Source: a virus | DNA length: 37,393 nt | Direction: 5' to 3' (one strand) | Virus genome (UHGV): UHGV-0149281 | Part shown: positions 29,492 through 37,393 of the stretch, one piece after another | Layout of the letters: the number at the start of each line of letters is the position of its first letter | How positions within the stretch are numbered: the first letter of the stretch is position 1 | Notes under the pieces: generated by a model | What the model saw: only the letters and a program-made list of their open reading frames with translations | The model's database searches: none | Told to the model about the DNA's origin: nothing | Position numbers and translations under genes: made by a program

Positions 29492-30871
29492 ATGGCTACG
29501 TGGCAACAGGGTATTAATTCTGGTGGTTTTCTGGCTGGCATCGGTACGCAAAATGAGAATGCGCCAAAGGCAAGCGACATTAACGCAACGCTTGGTCTGA
29601 TCCGCGAAAACAATGAACTGGCTCGCTCAGGTGCAAATAACGTTGGTCTGACCGCGTTACGTGGTCTGGCTGGAGTTGCTGATATTTACAATCAGGAACA
29701 GCAACAGAAAGCTATTAGTGCGTTCAATAAGGTTCACGCTGATGCATGGGCTTCTGGTGATCCATCGGGACTATTTAAGTTTGCCCAGGAAAATCCAGCG
29801 TTTGTTGCACAGGCACAACAGGCGTTTTCCGGTCTTAATGAGCAGCAACGCAACGATATGGGCGATTTAGCCATGAGGGCTAACGTCGCTCTTTCTCAGG
29901 GACCGGAAGCCTACAGTAAATTCATTACTGACAACAAGGACAGGTTAAATCGCGTGGGGGCGAATGCTGACTGGATGATTCAGACAGGTATCCAGAATCC
30001 AGAGCAGCTATCACACATGCTGACTACTATGTCTCTCGGTGCGCTTGGACCAGAAAAGGCGTTTGCTGTTCAGGATAAGATGGCTGGTCGTGAAATTGAC
30101 CGAGGCAGGCTGGCAGAGACAATCCGCAGCAATCAGGCTGGCGAGGCGCTAACAGCGCGTGGTCAGAATATCACGATGCGCGGTCAGGATTTATCGATGC
30201 AGAGAGCATCAATGAAAGGGTCGGTTGGGAATAATGAGCGTACAGTTCAGTTAGCAGATGGCAGAACTGTAACGGTAGGCGGGAAGCTTCACGGCGCTGG
30301 GGCTAATGCGTTCTACGAAGGTATCGACAACGAGGGGAATATGGTTCGCGTTCCTGCTGGCTCTATTGCCGCTCCGGCTACATCGGCAGCAAGCGCGCAG
30401 AATTACGCAATGAAGAAAGATCTTGATGCAATTTCTGGTGCATCAATTGACGATCTTGGCTTCATGACTGGCATTACAGGCTCTTCAGGTTCTCCTGCTC
30501 TTGGTGCAGATATTCGTAGCCGTGCATCTGGTGGTGATCAGAGGAAACTATACAACGCTGCACAGCGAATCCAAGGAAAGATGCAGAATCAGGGCATTGC
30601 AGCAGCCAGAGACATGGGGGCATCCGGTATCAACACCGTTGCAGAAGCAAAGCTGTATTTTCAAGGTATGCCACAGGTTGATTTCTCAAGCCCTGAAGCA
30701 CTGCAACAATCAATGCGCGACATTCAGCAATATACCGACAATTACAACCAACAATATAACGTTAATGTCGGTAATGGAGGGAAGAAATCATCAATGCAAC
30801 AGCCGCCTACTCAGCAATCAGCAGGAGGTAGCTACACGTCAAAATCAGGCATTCAATTTACGGTGGAATGA
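29492..30871 (+). CDS. ejection protein (P22 gp20-like)
   Basis: 459 aa ORF at the syntenic position; start overlaps the gp16 gene end. Confidence 0.85.
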   Translation: MATWQQGINSGGFLAGIGTQNENAPKASDINATLGLIRENNELARSGANNVGLTALRGLAGVADIYNQEQQQKAISAFNKVHADAWASGDPSGLFKFAQENPAFVAQAQQAFSGLNEQQRNDMGDLAMRANVALSQGPEAYSKFITDNKDRLNRVGANADWMIQTGIQNPEQLSHMLTTMSLGALGPEKAFAVQDKMAGREIDRGRLAETIRSNQAGEALTARGQNITMRGQDLSMQRASMKGSVGNNERTVQLADGRTVTVGGKLHGAGANAFYEGIDNEGNMVRVPAGSIAAPATSAASAQNYAMKKDLDAISGASIDDLGFMTGITGSSGSPALGADIRSRASGGDQRKLYNAAQRIQGKMQNQGIAAARDMGASGINTVAEAKLYFQGMPQVDFSSPEALQQSMRDIQQYTDNYNQQYNVNVGNGGKKSSMQQPPTQQSAGGSYTSKSGIQFTVE

Positions 30872-32997
30872 TGAAAGTAACTGCAAACGGTAAGACATTT
30901 ACCTTTCCTGATGGTACGAGCACCGAAGATATTGGCACCGCCATTGATGAGTATTTTGCTGGTCAGGCTGTTCAGCAACAAACAGTTAATCAGGCCAATA
31001 ATGCACCAACACGGGAAGAACCATCATTGATGCAACAAGCTGGCGATTGGCTCACTGGTGGTCAAAGTGCAGGGCAAATTGCAGAACAGGCTGGTCGTGG
31101 TCTGGTAAACATACCATTTGACGTATTGCAGGGTGGCGCAAGTCTGATTAATGCAATCAGTCAGGGGCTTGGTGGCCCCAAGGTTTTGGATGATGTCTAT
31201 CGCCCTGTCGATCGACCGACAGACCCTTACGCGCAAGCCGGTGAAACAATTGGTGGGTATCTCCTGCCAATTGGCACAGCAGCAAAAGCTGCTGGAGCGC
31301 CAGCAAAGCTCGCAGGAGACATCGGTTCCGCAGGAAACATGATTGCCGGTTCTCTTGCTGATGCTGCAAATCAGGAGGGTGATTTTGCACAAAATGCTGC
31401 CATTAACGGTGGTATCAATATTGGTGCTCAAAGCGTTCTTTCAGGTGTCGGGCGCGTTATTGCGCCAAGAGTTTCACAGGCTCTTGGTGGTGCAGCACTG
31501 AATTCTGCTAATGATGTTTCCAGGATGGCAAAGTCAGGTGCTGGGCGTCAGTCAATTGCCAGTCAGGCCGCTAATGTGTCCGAAGATGTAGCAAAAGCGG
31601 CTGAGTCTGCTGGAATTGATATAAACGCATTAACACCAGGAATGCGATCTGGAAGTCGTGGAATTGCACAAGCCGAAGGCGCATTGGCATCAACACCAGG
31701 AATTGTTCAGGACGCCCATCAGGCAGCATTTAACGAAATATCATCAAAGTTAAGTCGAAACCTTGATGAATTTGGGGCCGCATCTGGAACGGCATCAGAA
31801 AAAAGTGCGGCTATAAAACAAAGGATTCTTCAAAATCTTGATCAGATGAAGGATGCCGAGCGCGCGGCATGGGATGACGTGCGGTCAACAATGCCAAATC
31901 AAAAAGCAAGAATGCTAAATGGTAATGCCGTTATTCAGGCAGAGCGATCTGCTGGCATACCGCTTACTCCTGAAATGAAACAGTTTGTTCAGGCAAACAA
32001 TCAAGGTGGAGTAACATTTGATGGCATGAAAGCATGGAGAGCGAAATTTGCTGATGCGGAGCAAAAATATAAGCGTGGCGGAGAGGCAAATGCGGCAAGG
32101 AGAGCAGGGGAAATACGCCGGGCAATTACTGATGATATGCGCACAATGGCGGAAAACGGCGGATTTCTTGATGACTGGCAGAAAGCTAATGATCTGTCTA
32201 AAGCGAGGTTATCAGCACAAGAGAGTGCAGAGTCTGTTTTCGGGCGTGATTTGGCAACAGATGCACTGATTACGAATGGAGTAAAATCCCTTCAATCATC
32301 GTCAGCTAAAGGTCTTAATGGTCCTGCTGGGTTCCATTCTATGATCCGCGCGCTGCCAGAATCAGAGCGTGTTCCTGCTATATCATCAATGTTGCAAGAT
32401 GCTATCTCGCATGGTGTACGTGGTGGCAAAGCTGATGCAGCAGGAATTAACCATATCGCAGGGATACTTACCCCACAAAATGTAAAAGCCATTAGCAGGT
32501 ATTCCTCAGAACTTGGAAGAATTGCTGATGCATATGGCACTCTTGCAAGAGCAGCAGTGAAACCTCAGCAGTATATTGAAAGAACAGGGAGAACTGCCAA
32601 TGTACTACGCGATCTGGATGCCGGTTTATCCAACGTCACATCAACAGTGTTAAATGCAATTGCCAACTCAACATCAGGTGCAATTGTTGGTGGAGCAGGA
32701 GGAGGGGGTATTGCAGGCGCTGCCGCAGGTGCTTTAGTTGGCGCCGGGTTAAAAGGTGCTGTATCTAAAATTGCCACCACGCGTAGCGGTCGATATGCGA
32801 TAGAGAAAGCAGTTCAGGAAGCCACGAAAGCAGTAAGAGCTGGCGGAAGTAAAGAAGCATTAGCGGCGGCGGAACGCAGATTTATGGCAAATAAAGCCGC
32901 CGTAAAAGCAATACGTGATGCAGTTGGAAACGAAGAGTTCAATCGCTTAGCGAGGGCTGGCATTGTAGCGTCGCTAAGCGGAATAGCACAGGAGTAA
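30868..32997 (+). CDS. ejection protein (P22 gp16-like)
   Basis: 709 aa, Ala/Gly-rich; last gene of the ejection-protein block before the ImmI region. Confidence 0.85.
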   Translation: MMKVTANGKTFTFPDGTSTEDIGTAIDEYFAGQAVQQQTVNQANNAPTREEPSLMQQAGDWLTGGQSAGQIAEQAGRGLVNIPFDVLQGGASLINAISQGLGGPKVLDDVYRPVDRPTDPYAQAGETIGGYLLPIGTAAKAAGAPAKLAGDIGSAGNMIAGSLADAANQEGDFAQNAAINGGINIGAQSVLSGVGRVIAPRVSQALGGAALNSANDVSRMAKSGAGRQSIASQAANVSEDVAKAAESAGIDINALTPGMRSGSRGIAQAEGALASTPGIVQDAHQAAFNEISSKLSRNLDEFGAASGTASEKSAAIKQRILQNLDQMKDAERAAWDDVRSTMPNQKARMLNGNAVIQAERSAGIPLTPEMKQFVQANNQGGVTFDGMKAWRAKFADAEQKYKRGGEANAARRAGEIRRAITDDMRTMAENGGFLDDWQKANDLSKARLSAQESAESVFGRDLATDALITNGVKSLQSSSAKGLNGPAGFHSMIRALPESERVPAISSMLQDAISHGVRGGKADAAGINHIAGILTPQNVKAISRYSSELGRIADAYGTLARAAVKPQQYIERTGRTANVLRDLDAGLSNVTSTVLNAIANSTSGAIVGGAGGGGIAGAAAGALVGAGLKGAVSKIATTRSGRYAIEKAVQEATKAVRAGGSKEALAAAERRFMANKAAVKAIRDAVGNEEFNRLARAGIVASLSGIAQE

Positions 32998-33321
32998 TTA
33001 ATCATCCATGGATGGATTGAGCTTATCTCGTGTTGATGTGGCGATTTGTCCTACATTCCTAAGCCAAGATTTCAAATCCTTGATATTGTCATTGATTTCA
33101 TGAATATCTTCTTTTTTTAGTCTGTTAATATTATTCTCAATAATTTCAATGGATTGCTCAATATCAGATATAGTGAATGATAGTTTGTTCTTCTCATCTT
33201 TTATTGAGTTTTTAAGTGCTTCGTTCTCAGTCTTGAGGTCAGATATCTTTTGTTTTAAAGATGCCAGTTGGTACTGAACCACAATGAGTGCGATAGCTAT
33301 CACGATAACTGTTGTATACAC
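32998..33321 (-). CDS. small membrane-anchored coiled-coil protein (sieA-locus replacement)
   Basis: GTG start with strong AAGGAGG RBS; N-terminal TM (YTTVIVIAIALIVV) then a heptad coiled coil; very AT-rich. Confidence 0.65.
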   Translation of the reverse strand: MYTTVIVIAIALIVVQYQLASLKQKISDLKTENEALKNSIKDEKNKLSFTISDIEQSIEIIENNINRLKKEDIHEINDNIKDLKSWLRNVGQIATSTRDKLNPSMDD

Positions 33322-33439
33322 ACCAACCTCCTTAGTTTTGAGCAGGATACCATGAAAAAAGTAAACATCTTTTGCCTACTTCACATTTGAATGGTTTGTC
33401 ATTAGGATGTTTCCGGTTTTTTCAAATATGGAAATTGAT

Positions 33440-33859
33440 ATGAAGAGGATTATCGGCGTTGTTGCTGGCGCTATATTGTTATCTGGGTGCGCAACTATTG
33501 TTGGTGACGAAACACAGCTCGTGCAAGTGAACAGCAATCCTTCCGGTGCGAGCTTTAAAGTAAAAGACGAATCAGGCGTGATTGTTGCGCAAGGCAAGAC
33601 CCCGCAAGGAGTAACTCTTGCCAAGTCAGATGGTAGTTATTTTGGCAAAAAGAGCTACCAGATCACTATGGAAAAGGATGGGTACGAACCAGTTACCCTG
33701 CCAATCAAAGCCAATGCTAATGGTTGGTATATTGGTGGAAACCTTGTGTTTGGTGGGTTAATTGGTTGGCTTGCTGTAGATCCTTTTAATGGCGGGATGT
33801 ATACCTTGAAGCCAAAAGAGGCAAACGCATCTCTTATACCATCAACAAAGCAAGACTAA
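33440..33859 (+). CDS. lipoprotein of unknown function
   Basis: Signal peptide with lipobox LLSGC; Gly-rich C-terminal segment GGNLVFGGLIGWLAVDPFNGGMY; own terminator. Confidence 0.75.
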   Translation: MKRIIGVVAGAILLSGCATIVGDETQLVQVNSNPSGASFKVKDESGVIVAQGKTPQGVTLAKSDGSYFGKKSYQITMEKDGYEPVTLPIKANANGWYIGGNLVFGGLIGWLAVDPFNGGMYTLKPKEANASLIPSTKQD

Positions 33860-33867
33860 TAAATAGG

Positions 33868-33890
33868 ACCCACCTTCAGGTGGGTTTTTT
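33868..33890 (+). terminator. rho-independent terminator
   Basis: CCCACC-TTCA-GGTGGG followed by TTTTTT; overlaps the mnt 3' end. Confidence 0.7.
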
Positions 33891-34127
33891 GTACAAATCC
33901 TTCAGCGTATCAAACACCATCTTCTTAACAAGCTCTGACTGCTCATCAGCGAGTCGTTCTGCATCGTCGCGATATCCAGTCACAGGCGATGGTTTTGATA
34001 GAGCATCTTGGACGATTTGTAACAACTCGGAGTTCATTGATCTCCCATTCGCCTCCGCCCTGAATTTTAATTTCTCCCTTACTTCCATAGGCATACGGAA
34101 GTTAAAGTGCGGATCATCTCTAGCCAT
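33876..34127 (-). CDS. mnt: Mnt repressor (ribbon-helix-helix)
   Basis: MARDDPHFNFRMPMEVREKLKFRAEANGRSMNSELLQIVQDAL matches P22 Mnt. Confidence 0.95.
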   Translation of the reverse strand: MARDDPHFNFRMPMEVREKLKFRAEANGRSMNSELLQIVQDALSKPSPVTGYRDDAERLADEQSELVKKMVFDTLKDLYKKPT

Positions 34128-34218
34128 GCCATCACTCCAAGTTAGTGTATTGACATGATAGAAGCACTCTACTATATTCTCAATAGGTCCACGGTGGACC
34201 TATATTGTGAGGTGAATA
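34128..34218. promoter_or_regulatory. Omnt/Oarc operators with divergent Pmnt/Pant promoters
   Basis: Arc operator-like ATGATAGAAGCACTCTACTAT and Mnt operator palindrome AGGTCCACGGTGGACCT between mnt and arc. Confidence 0.8.
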
Positions 34219-34379
34219 TGAAAGGAATGAGCAAGATGCCGCAGTTCAATTTGCGGTGGCCTAAAGAAGTATTGGATTTGGTACGCAAGGTGGCGGAAGA
34301 GAATGGTCGGTCTGTTAACTCTGAGATTTATCAGAGAGTAATGGAAAGCTTTAAGAAGGAAGGGCGCATTGGCGCGTAA
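34219..34379 (+). CDS. arc: Arc repressor
   Basis: [53 protein letters not shown] matches the 53-aa P22 Arc. Confidence 0.95.
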
Positions 34380-34450
34380 AGTTGAAGCCCCAACTGCGGG
34401 AACAGTCAGGGCTTCGGTATCAACAAATCGGATTAGGAAATATTGACATG
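34380..34450 (-). ncRNA. sar: candidate sar antisense RNA (against the ant RBS)
   Basis: P22 makes a short antisense RNA across the arc-ant junction; the junction is conserved here; boundaries not determined. Confidence 0.35.
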
Positions 34451-35326
34451 AAAAGTATAGCAAAGGCACAAAACGATTTCACCATCTTCAAATTCGGCGA
34501 CAGTGAAATCCGCGTCATCAACAAATGCGGTGAGCCGTGGTTTGTAGCAAAAGATGTTTGTGATGCTTTAACCCTGACTAACTCACGCAAGGCGCTTACT
34601 GCACTTGATGACGATGAAAAGGGAGTAACTTTAAGTTACACCCTTGGTGGTGAGCAGAATCTAAGCATTGTTAGCGAATCAGGTATGTATACATTGGTTC
34701 TGCGCTGCCGCGATGCTGTCAATAAAGGTTCGGTCCCGCACAAATTCCGCAAGTGGGTAACAGCAGAAGTTCTGCCTTCAATTCGCAAACATGGCGAGTA
34801 TGTGAAAGGCAAGAAAACCACTGTTGAGGAAAGAACACCGCTACGCGATGCAGTAAACATGCTGGTAGGAAAGAAAGGACTTCGCTATGACGATGCATAC
34901 AGTATGGTTCATCAGCGTTTTGGTATTGACAGCATTGATGAACTTTCAATTGAACAAATCCCGCTGGCCGTAGAGTACATCCACAGGGTAGTGCTTGAAG
35001 GTGAATTCATCGGAAAACAAGAGAAGAAAACCAACGAGCTTTCTGCAAAAGAAGCAAACAGCCTTGTATGGCTCTGGGATTATGCTAACCGTTCACAGGC
35101 ATTATTCCGCGAACTGTATCCGGCATTAAAACAAATTCAATCGAACTATTCCGGCAGATGCTACGACTACGGTCATGAATTCTCGTATGTTATCGGAATG
35201 GCGAGAGACGTTTTAATCAATCACACACGAGATGTTGATATCAATGAGCCAGACGGACCAACGAATCTTTCCGCATGGATGAGACTTAAGAATAAAGAAT
35301 TGCCTCCTTCAGTACATAACTACTGA
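34448..35326 (+). CDS. ant: antirepressor Ant
   Basis: 292 aa; N-terminal KilA-N/Bro-N-like region; sequence parallels P22 Ant; follows arc. Confidence 0.9.
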   Translation: MKSIAKAQNDFTIFKFGDSEIRVINKCGEPWFVAKDVCDALTLTNSRKALTALDDDEKGVTLSYTLGGEQNLSIVSESGMYTLVLRCRDAVNKGSVPHKFRKWVTAEVLPSIRKHGEYVKGKKTTVEERTPLRDAVNMLVGKKGLRYDDAYSMVHQRFGIDSIDELSIEQIPLAVEYIHRVVLEGEFIGKQEKKTNELSAKEANSLVWLWDYANRSQALFRELYPALKQIQSNYSGRCYDYGHEFSYVIGMARDVLINHTRDVDINEPDGPTNLSAWMRLKNKELPPSVHNY

Positions 35327-35345
35327 CAGATAACCAACGCAACGA

Positions 35346-35368
35346 CCCAGCTTCGGCTGGGTTTTTTT
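35346..35368 (+). terminator. rho-independent terminator after ant
   Basis: CCCAGC-TTCG-GCTGGG followed by TTTTTTT. Confidence 0.75.
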
Positions 35369-35426
35369 ATGCCCAAAATTCACCGTAGCCATGCTGCGGC
35401 GATTCCTTGTATCTGGAGCAAATTAA

Positions 35427-37343
35427 ATGACAGACATTACAGCCAATGTTGTGGTAAGCATGCCTTCGCAACTCTTCACTATGGCTCGTTCTTTTAAAGC
35501 CGTTGCCAATGGCAAAATTTATATCGGTAAAATTGACACTGACCCGGTAAATCCTGAAAACCAGATTCAGGTTTATGTAGAGAATGAAGACGGCTCTCAC
35601 GTTCCTGTTTCGCAACCAATCATCATTAACGCTGCTGGTTACCCGGTATATAACGGACAGATTGCCAAGTTCGTAACTGTGCAGAATCATTCCATGACTG
35701 TGTATGATGCTTATGGTTCGCAGCAGTTCTATTTTCCGAATGTGTTGAAGTATGACCCTGATCAACTTTCTTCGCGCTTATCATCTGATGATGGTGCTTC
35801 TTATATTTCATTTAAGAAGCCTTATGCTGATGCTGCAACCAGAAAAGCATCTGACTACTTTAATCAGGAAATTAATGTAGATGACTTTGGTGCGTATGGC
35901 GATGCCTACTTATTGAACGGAGAAGATAACCCAAGCAAGCATGACGACACACACGCATTTCAGGCCGCTCTGATTGCTGCGTGGCGTGCAGGTGGTGTTA
36001 AAGTAGTAGCCACTCCGTGGAAAAGCTATTACATCGCTGGTAAAGTTTATGTGTTGGCTTCGGAATCCCTATCCGACATTGAAGCAACTAATTTCCCTAA
36101 GCGTCGGATGCAAGTGATAGATTTTCAGGGCGCTCGTATCGTTGGGCGGGACGACACTTCCGACACAACTAATGTGTTCATGGAAACAGGTTACATAAGT
36201 TCTACTGGCTCTATAGCTTCTGTATTTGGGAAATCTGGGGAAGAATACTTAGCCACAGGAACCACCATTCGTAACGCAACCTTGGTTAACTTCTATCAGG
36301 GGTTCCGTTTACGTGACCATGTATTTGGTTGTGAGGTTACAGATATTGTTGGAGTAAACGTCCAGCAGTTAGTTTACACTCAGCGATGTTTCTACTCACT
36401 GTTCCGTAACCTGCAATGTAACGGCACATATACTACCGGCCTGCATCGCTATCACTTCACTGATGAATGCAACATTCAACCTCTGGTTTCTGTCAACACA
36501 GGACAGTGTGATGTAGGTATTAAGTTTGAAGGTGCGGTTGAAGCTCTTACGCTGTTCAACTGCGGCATTGAAAGTTTTCGCACCCACGGCGTTTGGATTG
36601 CAGGAGCATACAACATCAAGTTCGATTCATGCTACATAGAGTCAAACGAAAGCAATGTATACGGTGTTATAGCTACGAGCGCAAATAACATTACGCTGGA
36701 TAACTGCTGGATTTACGGTAGCAGTATGAAAATGTTTGGTGCATTCGACGACAATACCAACGTAAGAATTATGCCTAATAACCGTATTGGAGGAGGGGCG
36801 GTTTGGTGGGATCTTAACGAAGGGTCGCCGTACAACCTTTCCGATATTCACTGGCAAACAGATATAAAGGCAGGTGGTGTAACACTTCCTGCGGCATCCG
36901 CTAAAGAAGCCAGCACGGTGGAACAGACGATAGTTTTCTACCATCCAGATTTTGGCTTGAGTTCAATCGTAGGAAAAGCAAAACAAACGAGTAAATACCA
37001 CCCGCAGCTTGTTAACGGCAAAATGAGTAACGGTAGCTCTGCTGCACATACAGTTGGCGCAAGTGTCTCTACAGAGGTTTCAGGTTCAGACACTAGAGCA
37101 AAATGGACAACGCAAATACAATACTCTGATACACAGCTTATTTTTTTAGCATTGAAGATAGATCATAACTTAGGGACATGGTTTTGGTTAGGTGTTGTGG
37201 CAGGAGATAAAGCGATGGTTATTTCAACATCTGATGAATCAAAGACTCCGGTTATAAGTAATGAAAATGGGTTTGTCGTAGTAGAGAGTCCGCTTCTTAT
37301 GACGCCAATAAATGTTCATGGTGGAGAAATAAGATTGCTATAG
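35427..37343 (+). CDS. tailspike: P22 gp9-like head-binding domain fused to a divergent beta-helix receptor-binding domain
   Basis: First ~115 aa ([11 protein letters not shown]...[34 protein letters not shown]...NVLKYDPDQ) match the P22 tailspike; the remainder diverges with beta-helix-like repeats; 3' end AT-rich. Confidence 0.85.
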   Translation: MTDITANVVVSMPSQLFTMARSFKAVANGKIYIGKIDTDPVNPENQIQVYVENEDGSHVPVSQPIIINAAGYPVYNGQIAKFVTVQNHSMTVYDAYGSQQFYFPNVLKYDPDQLSSRLSSDDGASYISFKKPYADAATRKASDYFNQEINVDDFGAYGDAYLLNGEDNPSKHDDTHAFQAALIAAWRAGGVKVVATPWKSYYIAGKVYVLASESLSDIEATNFPKRRMQVIDFQGARIVGRDDTSDTTNVFMETGYISSTGSIASVFGKSGEEYLATGTTIRNATLVNFYQGFRLRDHVFGCEVTDIVGVNVQQLVYTQRCFYSLFRNLQCNGTYTTGLHRYHFTDECNIQPLVSVNTGQCDVGIKFEGAVEALTLFNCGIESFRTHGVWIAGAYNIKFDSCYIESNESNVYGVIATSANNITLDNCWIYGSSMKMFGAFDDNTNVRIMPNNRIGGGAVWWDLNEGSPYNLSDIHWQTDIKAGGVTLPAASAKEASTVEQTIVFYHPDFGLSSIVGKAKQTSKYHPQLVNGKMSNGSSAAHTVGASVSTEVSGSDTRAKWTTQIQYSDTQLIFLALKIDHNLGTWFWLGVVAGDKAMVISTSDESKTPVISNENGFVVVESPLLMTPINVHGGEIRLL

Positions 37344-37393
37344 TTGACAAAACTATCATCAAATTCTTAATCGATCGATGACTTACTGTGGTT

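Noticed and set aside
1-37393. Search for tRNA, rRNA, CRISPR arrays and attachment-site repeats
   Set aside because: No cloverleaf-like tRNA candidates, no regularly spaced direct repeats and no integrase were recognised; the window appears internal to the phage genome

Overview
The window is a mosaic lambdoid (temperate enterobacterial) phage or prophage segment, read here by motif and remembered homology only (no searches were run). Left to right: a leftward pL early operon on the minus strand (N-like antiterminator, three AT-rich unknown ORFs, cIII-like, Erf recombinase, an SSB-like protein, possible Abc2, further unknowns); the immunity region (oL/pL, a membrane protein co-transcribed downstream of cI, a LexA/cI-type repressor, oR, Cro, nutR, cII); a replication module (lambda O-type initiator with internal iterons plus a T7 gp4-like primase-helicase); a lambda-like nin region (NinB, NinE, NinF, DUF1364-like, rusA interrupted by an in-frame amber, NinH, NinI); Q, pR' and tR'; a lambda-type lysis cassette (S, R, Rz/Rz1); a post-lysis accessory island; and a P22-type packaging/head/ejection module (gp3, gp2, portal, scaffold, coat, gp4, gp10, gp26, gp14, gp7, gp20, gp16) interrupted by an HNH homing endonuclease, followed by an ImmI region (Mnt, Arc, Ant) and a tailspike whose receptor-binding domain diverges from P22. 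The best candidates for undescribed accessory, defence or anti-defence functions are: the membrane protein after cI, the AT-rich three-gene cluster between N and cIII, the two ORFs inserted between cII and O, the post-lysis island (a possible DUF2829/Tad2-like protein and an HExxH protein), and a membrane protein/lipoprotein pair at the P22 sieA position. No rRNA, tRNA or CRISPR array was recognised.
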